Below are positions 1 through 9,445 of a stretch of 64,000 bases of DNA, piece by piece. The notes under the pieces are model-generated. The model saw nothing but the letters and a program-made list of their open reading frames with translations, was not told where the DNA came from and searched no databases. Made by a program: the position numbers and the translations under genes. The stretch covers positions 832,001 through 896,000 of the forward strand of contig OZ253496.1 in assembly GCA_965262115.1 (NCBI GenBank). The letters are read 5' to 3'. This DNA is from Nitrospinales bacterium. GTDB lineage: Bacteria > Nitrospinota > Nitrospinia > Nitrospinales > VA-1. Each line of letters starts with the position of its first letter. The first letter of the stretch is position 1.

Positions 1-1
1 C

Positions 2-382
2 CTGCTCCACAGCAGCTATGACCCGGAGAAAGAGGCTCATCAGTTCGCCGAAAAACTAAAATCCGGAGCCCGTATCTGCCTGTATGGTTTTGGGCTGGGT
101 TACCATCTGAAAACGATTCTTGATAAAATGGTGCCTCTCAGAAAATTGCATCAGGAAAAATCCCAAGAGAAAAAACAACTGTCGGTAAAAAGCACTCAGG
201 GGAATCCCCTGCTCACCGACCAAGTCATGTATAGTTATTTACGGACACTGGAATACATCATCCAGGCCAATCCAGATACCCGTGTTTTTAACCTTTATTC
301 ACACGGCGCTGAAATTGAACAGGCATCGATTTCAGGTTCGGCTAGCGGATTAAAGTGCCGGGCTTTTTTTCCAGCGACTTGA
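2..382 (+). pseudogene. Motility-associated factor (Maf/DUF115) glycosyltransferase remnant, internally deleted, 5' end outside the window
   Basis: Frame from base 2 reads LLHSSYDPEKEA...ICLYGFGLGYHL (Maf-like N-terminus) and runs almost directly into GNPLLTDQVMYSYLRTLE...FNLYSHGAEIE (Maf-like C-terminus); the central domain is absent. Confidence 0.6.
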
Positions 383-387
383 GAGCT

Positions 388-999
388 ATGTCACCTTTCA
401 CAAAATACTTACCCCATCTTGGCGTGACCGCCGTCATCGTTTTTCTTGCAGCGGATTATTTTCTTCCAGCCGAGAAACCTGCCTCACTCAATCCAGAAAA
501 AAGCATGGTAGAAGGGAGTCATAAGGAAGGCAGTCACAAGGAAGAAGGCAGTAATGGGAGCAATCTTTCACAGGAAGAGCGGGAGCGTCGAATGGCGATC
601 TTCCACTATAACGAAGGGAACAAGTTTTATAAGGAAGGAAATTATGGTGAGGCCATCATTCGCTACGAAAAAGCTCTGCACCATAACAAGGGATTTAAGG
701 AAACCCTCATTAACCTGAGCACCGCTTATATGAAAAACAAATTGTTCGATAAAGCGTTGGAAACACTTCAGACGGGTCAAAAGAAATTCCCGCAGGAACC
801 TCTATTCGATTACAACTTTGCCTGCTATTATTCTTTGACAGAAAGCCTGGAACCAAGCCTCTCAGCTCTTAAACAAGCGGTAGGAAAAGGGTTCAAACAA
901 TTTAAACAAATGGGAAGCGACTCCGATCTTAACAATTTGAGGCAATCGGATGAATATAAAGTCTGGAAAGAAAAGATACCCTCTGCGACCGCGACCTGA
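388..999 (+). CDS. TPR-repeat protein with N-terminal membrane anchor
   Basis: Hydrophobic N-terminus, TPR helices (HYNEGNKFY, YNFACYYSL), C-terminal DSDLNNLR; ATG at 388 preferred over GTG at 355. Confidence 0.8.
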   Translation: MSPFTKYLPHLGVTAVIVFLAADYFLPAEKPASLNPEKSMVEGSHKEGSHKEEGSNGSNLSQEERERRMAIFHYNEGNKFYKEGNYGEAIIRYEKALHHNKGFKETLINLSTAYMKNKLFDKALETLQTGQKKFPQEPLFDYNFACYYSLTESLEPSLSALKQAVGKGFKQFKQMGSDSDLNNLRQSDEYKVWKEKIPSATAT

Positions 1000-1001
1000 T
1001 T

Positions 1002-2162
1002 TTACGACTCCATCACACGAACCTGGCCGGAAGGGCCAATCCTGAGTCCCACCTTGCCACTCAACAAAGAAAACATGGGCGTGCCTATTAATTCTTTCCT
1101 CCACCCCTGAAACAGAAAGTGTTCTTCCATATCTTCCTTTTGTTCAAAGTGGGCTACAAAACTGTGAATCTGCTTTCGGTCTGCCAAAACACTCGGCTCA
1201 ATTTTCAATTCTTCAGACCGAATCTGCACATAAGCCGAAAGCAACTCCTCCACTCCCCTGGTCGTGGCGTGGCCATTGCTTTCTGGGAGAACCGTAAGCT
1301 CCTCTTCCTGAATTTTCATAGCCTTTTCAATCGCAGACAAAATGGCTGCCCCGCCTTTACTCAGTTCCTTTTGGTAAAAACCACGAATTCCGGATAACGC
1401 TTTTGAGTCCCTGGGAATTTTGCGGACTATTTCCAGTAATGTTTCATCCCGGATGATGGCCTTGGCCAGACAATCTCTCTTGACCGCTTCCCCTTCCCGC
1501 CAGGCAGCGATTTCTTGAAGCACCGTCAGGTTCCTGGGATTCAAGCTACGCAGGTTTTTAATTTTCATGAATCGTTGTCGTGGATCGGGCAAAGCAAATG
1601 TTTTGGGGTCTTCCCAATTCTGAACCTCACCTTTCACCCAATCCAGACGATTCATCTTTTTCAATCGCTCAATCAGTTTGTTGTACACCGGAACCAGATA
1701 GCGGACATCGTCAATGGCATATTCAATCTGGTTGTTACTTAAAGGGCGGCGACACCAGTCTGTATAGGTTTCTGTTTTATGAATCTTTTTTCCTATAGCT
1801 TTATAGACAATTTTTGCGAAGGAAATCTGAGTCCCCCATCCCACCAGGGCAGCGGCGATCTGGGTATCAAACACCGGAGGAATTACCTGACCGCAGAGGC
1901 GCACCAGAATTTCAAGGTCCTGTCTGGCAGCGTGAAAGATTTTTATTTTTGCGGGATCTTTTAACAACTCCAGCAACGGAGTCAAATCCGAAAGCAAAAC
2001 AGGGTCGATGGCGGCGAAGTGCTCTCCGCTACCCACCTGAATCAGTCCGATACGGTGAAAATAAGTTCTTTCCCGGACAAACTCAGTATCTACCGCTAGA
2101 ATTTCAGCAGACTGGAGGTTTTCACAGAATGCTTTTAACTGGTCCGCAGACGTGATGTACAT
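1002..2162 (-). CDS. rnd: Ribonuclease D
   Basis: AVDTEF, FHAARQDLE, DTQIAA, DWCRRPL, YAIDDV exonuclease motifs plus an HRDC domain. Confidence 0.95.
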   Translation of the reverse strand: MYITSADQLKAFCENLQSAEILAVDTEFVRERTYFHRIGLIQVGSGEHFAAIDPVLLSDLTPLLELLKDPAKIKIFHAARQDLEILVRLCGQVIPPVFDTQIAAALVGWGTQISFAKIVYKAIGKKIHKTETYTDWCRRPLSNNQIEYAIDDVRYLVPVYNKLIERLKKMNRLDWVKGEVQNWEDPKTFALPDPRQRFMKIKNLRSLNPRNLTVLQEIAAWREGEAVKRDCLAKAIIRDETLLEIVRKIPRDSKALSGIRGFYQKELSKGGAAILSAIEKAMKIQEEELTVLPESNGHATTRGVEELLSAYVQIRSEELKIEPSVLADRKQIHSFVAHFEQKEDMEEHFLFQGWRKELIGTPMFSLLSGKVGLRIGPSGQVRVMES

Positions 2163-2339
2163 AAATTAACTCGAAAAACCGGTTTAAATCCTAATGAACG
2201 ATCCCGCCGCAAGCAGACAGGGTCTCCGACAAAGATTTTTATTAAAATGGCGTGGCACAAGGCTATGCCTTGAGAAATATATTCGAACTAGAGTTAAATA
2301 GGCAAAAACACCCGTTTTCTTTATGGGCATCGACTTATT

Positions 2340-2356
2340 GGCCCCACGCCGAGTGG
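2340..2356 (-). repeat. Module A palindromic repeat copy (CCACTCGGCGTGGGGCC)
   Basis: Matches copies at 14748, 15300, 35207 and 47483. Confidence 0.8.
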
Positions 2357-2471
2357 GGGAATAAAACCCACTTGTGGGATTCAATTCTCAAAATTAGAAT
2401 TATAGGGGAATTGACTCCAGAAGAATAGGATGAAAAAAATAACAGAATAAAGCCATTACTGCTCCGGGCAT

Positions 2472-2506
2472 AAAAAATGGCACAGAGCTTAGCTCCATGC
2501 CATTTT
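2472..2506 (-). terminator. Rho-independent terminator after the 2539..2733 ORF
   Basis: Minus strand ATGGCATGGAGC-TAA-GCTCTGTGCCAT followed by a T tract. Confidence 0.75.
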
Positions 2507-2538
2507 GATTCGATCAGAGTTCGTTAAAACATTTTGAA

Positions 2539-2733
2539 TCAACAACATTCCAACTGATACTCGTCCTTTATAATTTTTTTATTTTCCCAGTCCGACGAGG
2601 ACCGGGTCTCCTTATCACCAAAGTCGATCAAATTCTGTTCACCGTGCTTCCAAAATCGGTTGCTTAGCCTTTTGGGGGATAAAACTTTTTTCAGTTCTCC
2701 TTTGGCGTCGAAAATCCTGACTTCATAGAACAT
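2539..2733 (-). CDS. Small hypothetical protein (MFYEVRIFDAKG...)
   Basis: GGAGG ribosome-binding site upstream of ATG 2733; terminator downstream. Confidence 0.7.
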   Translation of the reverse strand: MFYEVRIFDAKGELKKVLSPKRLSNRFWKHGEQNLIDFGDKETRSSSDWENKKIIKDEYQLECC

Positions 2734-3165
2734 AACGCGCCCTGCCTCCAAAAAAAAGTCCTCAATGCCTATTTTCTGGTGTCCCCTCCGCTTACAAAAT
2801 AAACCAAAAAATAAGATTTACCCTGCAACTAACATTCACCATAAATTCAACATCGATGTTTGTCAAGCAAATAAAGCTAATTTTTTAAATGCTCCGGATC
2901 AGTTCCTCCTAACGGGCATCAGATTTACCTCATAATTAATTTTGGCAATTAAAATATTCGGCCTTTAAAAAGCACGTCTTTTCTAATGTTTTTCAGGGAA
3001 ATTTAGCGGACATTTTAAAAGCCGCCATCGCAAAAAAGAATTTTCGCGACCACATCACGGCTATTACGCAGGAGGGACTTTTAACTTATTGGAAAAATTG
3101 AAAGTACTCTATTTACTAGGTTGGAAGGGGCAGTTGCCCACCCTATTCCCGGAAATGAAACAGTT

Positions 3166-3934
3166 TCAGCCTTTATTCTCATAATAATCCAGACCGGAGT
3201 GGTCGATCACTTTTTCTCCCATAATGATCCGCAAGGTATTGCGAAGTTTATCATCCTGATCGAACAGGGAGTTCACCGGCTTGAGATTGGGTCTGCATTG
3301 GGGCGATTTAAAATAAAACGAAAGCCATTCCTGCACGCCTCTCATTCCCGTCCGTTGCGCCAGGTCGAGAAATAACACCAGGCCCAGAGCTACAGGTGCC
3401 GCAAGAATAGAATCGCGGCAAAGAAAATTGATTTTCAATTGCATTTTTTGACCCAACCAACCCTGGATATCTATATTGTCCCAGCCCTCTTTCGCATCTC
3501 CTCTTGGGGGATAACATTCGATACGGATTTTATGGTAGTAGTCTCCATAGAGATCGGGGTAGAGGTCATCCTGAAGGATGCTTTCCAAAACCGCTCCCTT
3601 GGTCACTTCCTTGGATCGAAAGGAATCCGGGTTATCCAGCACTTCACCATCACGATTACCCAATATATTGCTGGAGAACCAACCCTCAAGGCCCAGCATC
3701 CGAGCCTTAAGACCCGGAGCCACAATGGTCTTCATCAGGGTTTGCCCGGTTTTGAAATCTTTGCCCCGATAGGAGTGTTGTTTTTGATAGACAGTTCCAC
3801 CAGCGCCGGAATATCCACGTTCAGGTTTGGAGAACCATTGGCAAAGGGGATTCCCATTTTCAGCAACGCATAAGCATAGATCGCGGCGCAATTTTTTTCG
3901 CCAAGCCGCTATATTTGCCGCTGGTCTCAGTCAT
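3166..3934 (-). pseudogene. ino1: myo-inositol-3-phosphate synthase, internally deleted and frameshifted
   Basis: AGAGGAG + ATG at 3934 (MTETSGKYSGLAKKIAP) joins out of frame to IYAYALLKMGIPFANGSPN; one G missing at 3764-3767 before GKDFKTGQT; intact C-terminal NILGNRDG, WDNIDI and RDSILAAP motifs. Confidence 0.9.
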
Positions 3935-4194
3935 TAAGTCCTACTCCTCTCAAGTCAGATCATGACTCTAGCGGTTGTAAATGGGTTCAACTGGAAGGCC
4001 CGAAGGTACAAACCATGCGAGTGGCAAACTTGTTGGTTCTGTGCAAGAATAGCAGCCTGTATTGGATAGTTTTTTCCCAATCCAGGGGCCTGAACAAACT
4101 GACTTAAAAACCAACTCCCATAAACAAATAGCCCCTATCGGGTAAGGCTAGATTTTGTTTAATATTACAATACGTTTTACAGGCTAACAGCCGC

Positions 4195-5409
4195 ATGAAC
4201 CCCAACACCAACCCTCCAAATTCCGAAGCTTCACTGCAAAGTACATCTGGTATCCTTTACTTACCGCCTCCTCCGGAACCTTGGGAAGCCGCAGAGTGGT
4301 ATGCCTTATCCATTGCCGGCGTACCTTTCCTTTTAAGAAATATTCTGACTCTTCAGCGTTCCGGACTGCATGACATAACCATCCTTATGGATGCCGGGGA
4401 AACAGAAAAATTAACCCTCGCCATTGAGAAAGATTCTCGCATCACTGCAAAGATTCATTGGATGACAAAATCCAGCCAGTTAAAAGAAACGCTGCAAAAC
4501 CACCGGGTTCTTTTTTTTAACGGATCTACTCTTCACGACAAAAAAGAGGTTCGTACTCTTTTAGAAGCTGAAGAAACAAAAACTCCTGAAACTTTACCCA
4601 TCAGCAACGAGCAGCTCGAGTCATTGATAGAAAAAATCCAAACGAATGGCGAAAAAGAATCAGGAGAACCCTTGGAAAACACACGCTCCTTTATATATGT
4701 ACCCGGGATGGAAAAAACCCATGTGCGGGAACAAAAAGATTTTAATACTCTAAACGAACGATTACTTAAAGGTTCCGGCCAAAACCATGACAGCACCATA
4801 ACCCGACTTCTATCCCGTCCAGTTTCCAGAAAACTGACCCGCTTTTTTTTGAATACGCCGATTCACCCCAACCAGATCACGCTGTTTAGTTTTGCCATGG
4901 GCTTGGGCTCGGCTCTGTGTTTTGCGCAAGGAACATATCAGACAAACATATTTGGCGGCCTCTTGTTATTATTTTCAACCTGGGTGGATGGAGCAGACGG
5001 AGAAATCGCCAGATTGAAATTTATGGAAACGGCATTGGGAGGCACGCTAGACATTGTTTGCGACAACATTGTCCACTTCTTCGTATTCGGAGCTATCGGC
5101 TGGGGGTTGAGCGAGGCAACAGGCGACAAAACCTACATATATGCAGGGGGGTTGGCCGCATTCGCCAGCTTAACTTCCTTTATGCTTCTGGGCGCATCCC
5201 TTCTCAAGAAAAACTCCAACGCCGCCACTCCGTTGCCGGAATCGCAGCCCTCTCTGGCCGACAAACTCGCCAACCGGGACTTTATTCATTTTCTTATGTT
5301 GATGGCTTTGATCGATTTGGTGCAAGTGTTTATATTCATCGCCGATGTAGGCGCCACCGTTTTCACCACCTATCTGATTTACCTGCGCCTCTCTCAGCGA
5401 TCTCATTAA
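4195..5409 (+). CDS. CDP-alcohol phosphotransferase with degenerate N-terminal nucleotidyltransferase-like domain (IPCT/DIPPS-like architecture)
   Basis: HPNQIT and DGADGEIAR...GGTLDIVCD signature; N-terminal IAGVPFLLRNI segment. Confidence 0.85.
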   Translation: MNPNTNPPNSEASLQSTSGILYLPPPPEPWEAAEWYALSIAGVPFLLRNILTLQRSGLHDITILMDAGETEKLTLAIEKDSRITAKIHWMTKSSQLKETLQNHRVLFFNGSTLHDKKEVRTLLEAEETKTPETLPISNEQLESLIEKIQTNGEKESGEPLENTRSFIYVPGMEKTHVREQKDFNTLNERLLKGSGQNHDSTITRLLSRPVSRKLTRFFLNTPIHPNQITLFSFAMGLGSALCFAQGTYQTNIFGGLLLLFSTWVDGADGEIARLKFMETALGGTLDIVCDNIVHFFVFGAIGWGLSEATGDKTYIYAGGLAAFASLTSFMLLGASLLKKNSNAATPLPESQPSLADKLANRDFIHFLMLMALIDLVQVFIFIADVGATVFTTYLIYLRLSQRSH

Positions 5410-5433
5410 AAAATTAGGGTCATGACCCAAAAA

Positions 5434-6156
5434 TTATTTTGAGGAATTGGCAATCAAATAACTTTCGGCTTGTTTGTACCTTTCGGGGTCATCAATATCG
5501 ATCCAAAACATGCCATCGACCAGCATGGTGCGTGCCCGACCTTCCCGGGCCATGATACGAACCCCTCCGGACAGTGAGTCATCCCCAGAGTCCCGCAAAG
5601 ATTGCTCCAAGGCCGAAAACAAAGCAGGATTACAAAGAAAGATTCCCGTATCAAAACAGTTGTATTCCTCAATCCCCTTACCTATGTTCTGAATAAGGCC
5701 CTTCTCTTCCATCACCCGAGTCACATCATCCAGATCAACCATGGGGTTTTTCAGGTCTTGATCCACCGCTAAAACGATTTCATCATCAGCCAAGGGATAG
5801 TCGATCATTTTGCGAGCAATACCGGGATCAAAAAGATGGTCTCCCATTAACAGGAAAAAAGGCTCCTCTAAAAATTCCTTTGCTTTAAGTACCGACAAGC
5901 CGTTGGCCTTTTCCCAATCATCATTTTCAATCACCGTGACAGGCACATCAATTTTTCCAGCTAAATCTTCAAGAAAAGCGCGAACCTGATCCCCTCGATA
6001 CCCCACCACCGCATAAAACCCATCCACTCCCGCCTCTAAAGCAGAACGAATGACCCGTTCAACAAGAGGAACATCCAAAAGGGAAGCCAGCGGCTTACTA
6101 TCGGCCAAAGATTTTAAGCGACTCCCTTTTCCAGCAATAATGATTAAACATTTCAT
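5434..6156 (-). CDS. NTP transferase (inositol-1-phosphate/phosphocholine cytidylyltransferase-like)
   Basis: IIAGKGSRL...SKPL, LLMGDH, DTGIF and WIDIDD motifs. Confidence 0.85.
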   Translation of the reverse strand: MKCLIIIAGKGSRLKSLADSKPLASLLDVPLVERVIRSALEAGVDGFYAVVGYRGDQVRAFLEDLAGKIDVPVTVIENDDWEKANGLSVLKAKEFLEEPFFLLMGDHLFDPGIARKMIDYPLADDEIVLAVDQDLKNPMVDLDDVTRVMEEKGLIQNIGKGIEEYNCFDTGIFLCNPALFSALEQSLRDSGDDSLSGGVRIMAREGRARTMLVDGMFWIDIDDPERYKQAESYLIANSSK

Positions 6157-6208
6157 AATACGAACGACCCATTTCAGCGAAAAAAATTTCTATCAAAACA
6201 AAAACATC

Positions 6209-7216
6209 CTAGTTAGAATCTTCCTGAGCGACTTTAACCAGATCAAAAGGCTTTTGTGAATATTCCAGGCCTATGGAAAATCCCCAAACCAACCAGACGA
6301 TTTCCCGAACCCTCCTGATGAGAGCCGCAGCAACGCCCAATGCAGGTTGGTCCGCTATCGCCTCCGTGGCGATCATAAAAACAGCTTCCATACTGCCCAA
6401 CCCAGAAGGAATAAAAAATGTGCCTGCCCGAACCAGTTCAATGAGTGTTTCCAGAATTATGGCCTCAACAATTGTAATAGGATGGCCTAAAAAATAAAAA
6501 ATGACGAATATTTCCAAGGCACCCAAATACCAGTTAAAAAGATTCAAAAATAGCGCGGAGATGAAGCGTCCCTTGTCACAGGTATAAAATTGCACCAGCC
6601 GCTCATCCATATCATGGATTTGGTGGAGGAATTTTTCCAGCCGTTGGCCAAACTTTCTCTGGCTAAGCCAAGTACCAGTCAATGATGTGATCTTATAACG
6701 CTGAACGATGTAGAACAAAAATATTCCAAGAGTGATTGCACCCAAGCTAAGAATCGCAAAGAGATGAAAGCTCTCAGGAAGGTCTGAACCCATGATTATA
6801 AGGAAAACACCCGTTGCCGCAAATATAACCAGGGAGATCATATGGGTGGATTCGGCAAGGATCATAGATGCCGTTCCTTCCCGGTAACGGATTCCATAAT
6901 GATGCTTGAGAATATAACCTTTAACAGGGACTCCTCCCCATGAACTGAAAGGCATCACTTTGGAAAAAGCCGAACCCACCATGCGAACCTTCCAAAGGTC
7001 ATACAGCCATCGTTTAGTGAATTGCGTGCTGGGCAAAGTAAACTGCCATGCAAAAGTGTCCACAATAAAGGCTATTTTATAAACGACCAACACAACTACA
7101 ATGCCCCAGCCTATTTCTTTTAACTGGGACCAAACCGAAGCAAGGTCTGTATGGTTCAATACAAAAACAAGCAGACCAATACCTATTAATAAATAAAGAA
7201 TTTTCAAAGATTTCAT
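6209..7216 (-). CDS. Lysylphosphatidylglycerol synthase TM (flippase-like) membrane protein
   Basis: Multiple TM helices; GGVPVK and FFIPSGLGSME motifs; ATG 7216 follows the stop of the upstream gene. Confidence 0.85.
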   Translation of the reverse strand: MKSLKILYLLIGIGLLVFVLNHTDLASVWSQLKEIGWGIVVVLVVYKIAFIVDTFAWQFTLPSTQFTKRWLYDLWKVRMVGSAFSKVMPFSSWGGVPVKGYILKHHYGIRYREGTASMILAESTHMISLVIFAATGVFLIIMGSDLPESFHLFAILSLGAITLGIFLFYIVQRYKITSLTGTWLSQRKFGQRLEKFLHQIHDMDERLVQFYTCDKGRFISALFLNLFNWYLGALEIFVIFYFLGHPITIVEAIILETLIELVRAGTFFIPSGLGSMEAVFMIATEAIADQPALGVAAALIRRVREIVWLVWGFSIGLEYSQKPFDLVKVAQEDSN

Positions 7217-7221
7217 AGCTG

Positions 7222-7845
7222 TCACACATGCCAGCGACGCGCACTGCGGGTGAACTGCAGGCACCAATAGGCCTGGGCGCCAATCGCAGTCGGAGGGAGA
7301 ATGTACCAAAGCACGCCTCCCATACTCATAAACGATACGATGAAACAAAAATCGCTGCGGACAACACGTGTGTTGAGCACAAATCGATCCATCCTGGTGT
7401 CGTCATCCCTCGTCATCGCATCTTCGGGAGGACGTTGGCTGGCATGCAGTTTGGTTCTGTTCTGATAAAGCTCCAGGCCGTAATTAATGGTGCCGCCTAA
7501 CCCCGCAGCGATACCAGTCCACAACCACCATTTCTGCCCTGTCACTGAGGTTGCCCCCCACCCCAGGCAAACAAAGAAAAAACTATGGACAACCCAATCG
7601 ATGAAGGTGTCGAATCTCATTCCAAAAATACTGCGCATATCCTTGAAGCGGGCAATCTCGCCATCGCAGTTGTCAAGCACATAGCAACCAAACAACAAAA
7701 ATGCGCCAATAAGTGTCGAGGTATAGGTTAGACAGGCCACTCCAGCGGCCAGGCCAAACAGCAAAGACAAGGAGGTGATCTGGTTCGGCGTGATCGGTGT
7801 GCGTATCAATAGCCCGGTAAGCCGATAGGAAAAATGTCGGATCAA
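7222..7845 (-). CDS. CDP-alcohol phosphatidyltransferase family protein
   Basis: ITPNQIT and DNCDGEIAR...GMRFDTFID signature; frame stays open to an ATA at 7920, so the start is uncertain. Confidence 0.85.
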   Translation of the reverse strand: MIRHFSYRLTGLLIRTPITPNQITSLSLLFGLAAGVACLTYTSTLIGAFLLFGCYVLDNCDGEIARFKDMRSIFGMRFDTFIDWVVHSFFFVCLGWGATSVTGQKWWLWTGIAAGLGGTINYGLELYQNRTKLHASQRPPEDAMTRDDDTRMDRFVLNTRVVRSDFCFIVSFMSMGGVLWYILPPTAIGAQAYWCLQFTRSARRWHV

Positions 7846-8284
7846 TGGCGACCATGCCTTGGGCGCCTTTAACCTTTGCTCAGGCGGGTTCTTAAAAGGT
7901 TCAGAAATGATATTTGCTATCCGGTTGGAATTATTTGATGTTTAAAAATTGCGAATCAGGAAAACTTTCAATCTTAAGAAACGAAGTTCCTCCCTTGTCA
8001 GAAAACCCTAAAACTCATAGTTTTTCAGCCTGATCAAACCTTACTTTCAAGGCCCTCGTTTTGCAATGAAAAATTGCAGCCGAATGTTTGACCTAACCGA
8101 TATTCCTCATAATCGCTCTTTTCATTTTAATCATTTTATTCTTAAATGGGAATATGAGTTAAGTTAGTTTTTTTCAAGAGCTTGAAGAAATCGTGCTGCT
8201 CGGTCTTTTGTCTTGTTTCCTTAAACCTATGAATTTTAAAGCAAAACCCCACCCTTTTTGAGACTTGAAAATGCCGGTTTTTCA

Positions 8285-8313
8285 TTGACTTTCCCCAACC
8301 TATCCCCTATGTT
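8285..8313 (+). promoter_or_regulatory. sigma70-type promoter for tsaB
   Basis: TTGACT-17 bp-TATGTT. Confidence 0.6.
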
Positions 8314-8386
8314 TAAATTAAGTCTTCAGGAGTGATCCAATGTCCCTATCGTTGCAATTTCATCTTCATTTCCCGAACGTAAAACG

Positions 8387-9094
8387 ATGATCATATTAGG
8401 GCTTGATGCCTCCACGCCTAAAGGAAGTGTTGCTCTTCTGGATGGCGAACACATCATTGCCGAGTCTGCCAGTTCTTCAGTATTTTCTGACCAGCTTCTG
8501 GTCATGGTGGATGAAGTTTTAGGAAAATTGGAGGGGAGACTCGATAAAGTGGATGGGTTCTGCGTCACGACAGGTCCCGGTTCTTTTACCGGACTCCGGG
8601 TTGGCGTCAGCCTGATAAAAGGTTTGGTACTGGCCACAGAAAAGCCTTTCTGGGGAATCAACACGCTGGAAGCATATGCGAACCTAGTCAAACCCGTTAC
8701 CCAACCGATTTGCCCACTCCTGGATGCTAGAAAGAAAGAAGTTTATACCGCGAAGTTTAAATATACAGGTGAACAATTAGTCAGGGAGACCCCGGACCAG
8801 GCCATTTCTCCCCAGGAATTATGTGACCAGACCCAGGAACCCACTGTCTTTTTAGGAGGTGGGTTAGAGCCCTATGGAGAAACCCTTTCTTCCCAGTTGG
8901 GAGACAGGTTTATCGATCAGGCTCCGGTCAAAAACCAAACGGTTGCCGCCAGCGCAGCGCAACTTGCCTTCAATCAATTCGGGGCAAATCCCTGTTTTGA
9001 TCTGGATGCCTTGACCATCCATTATGTCAGGAAACCGGAAGCAGAATTAAACCGCAAAATATTTAATCAGGAGGTTGTAAAGCATGGACATTAA
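8387..9094 (+). CDS. tsaB: tRNA threonylcarbamoyladenosine biosynthesis protein TsaB
   Basis: GPGSFTGLRVG, LDARKKEVY, YVRKPEAE. Confidence 0.95.
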   Translation: MIILGLDASTPKGSVALLDGEHIIAESASSSVFSDQLLVMVDEVLGKLEGRLDKVDGFCVTTGPGSFTGLRVGVSLIKGLVLATEKPFWGINTLEAYANLVKPVTQPICPLLDARKKEVYTAKFKYTGEQLVRETPDQAISPQELCDQTQEPTVFLGGGLEPYGETLSSQLGDRFIDQAPVKNQTVAASAAQLAFNQFGANPCFDLDALTIHYVRKPEAELNRKIFNQEVVKHGH

Positions 9095-9311
9095 TCCCGC
9101 TTTGCTTGAAAAAGTCAAACAGGAAAATAGTGAATTTCGTGATCTCTATGAAGAACACACTACCCTCAAATTCAAAGTTGATGAATTCAACAAAATGAAG
9201 CTCATCACTCCCGAACAGGAGCTCGAAAAGAAAAAACACCAGAAACAAAAACTAAGCCTCAAAGATCGCATGGAGAAAATTTTAAGTCTCTATGAAGAAA
9301 CGATTCACTAA
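9084..9311 (+). CDS. YdcH/DUF465 family protein
   Basis: EFRDLYEEH...KKQKLSLKD-like helical pattern; GGAGG ribosome-binding site. Confidence 0.8.
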   Translation: MDINPALLEKVKQENSEFRDLYEEHTTLKFKVDEFNKMKLITPEQELEKKKHQKQKLSLKDRMEKILSLYEETIH

Positions 9312-9343
9312 CAACCCTCGGCCCACCCAAACGCGAAGAATCT

Positions 9344-9444
9344 ATGAAAAAAAACTGATCGCCTTGATCGAGGAGAAAGGCGATCTCCCGCCTCTTCCCG
9401 ATATCCTCATGAACCTGGAAAATAAAATCAACGGATCGCCTTAA
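9344..9444 (+). pseudogene. N-terminal remnant of an HDOD-domain protein
   Basis: After an A8-tract frameshift the frame reads LIALIEEKGDLPPLPDILMNLENKIN and then stops. Confidence 0.65.
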
Positions 9445-9445
9445 G

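Noticed and set aside
511..552. EGSHK tandem peptide repeat in the TPR protein
   Set aside because: Short low-complexity linker duplication with no further signal
2253..2270. TGGCAC as a sigma54 promoter
   Set aside because: GG-to-GC spacing is off by one base; the similar site at 2478 is part of a terminator stem
3990..4030. AAACCATGCGAGTGG resembling a c-di-GMP-I riboswitch P2
   Set aside because: Lacks the GAAA tetraloop and the GACGCAAAG junction; only a partial resemblance
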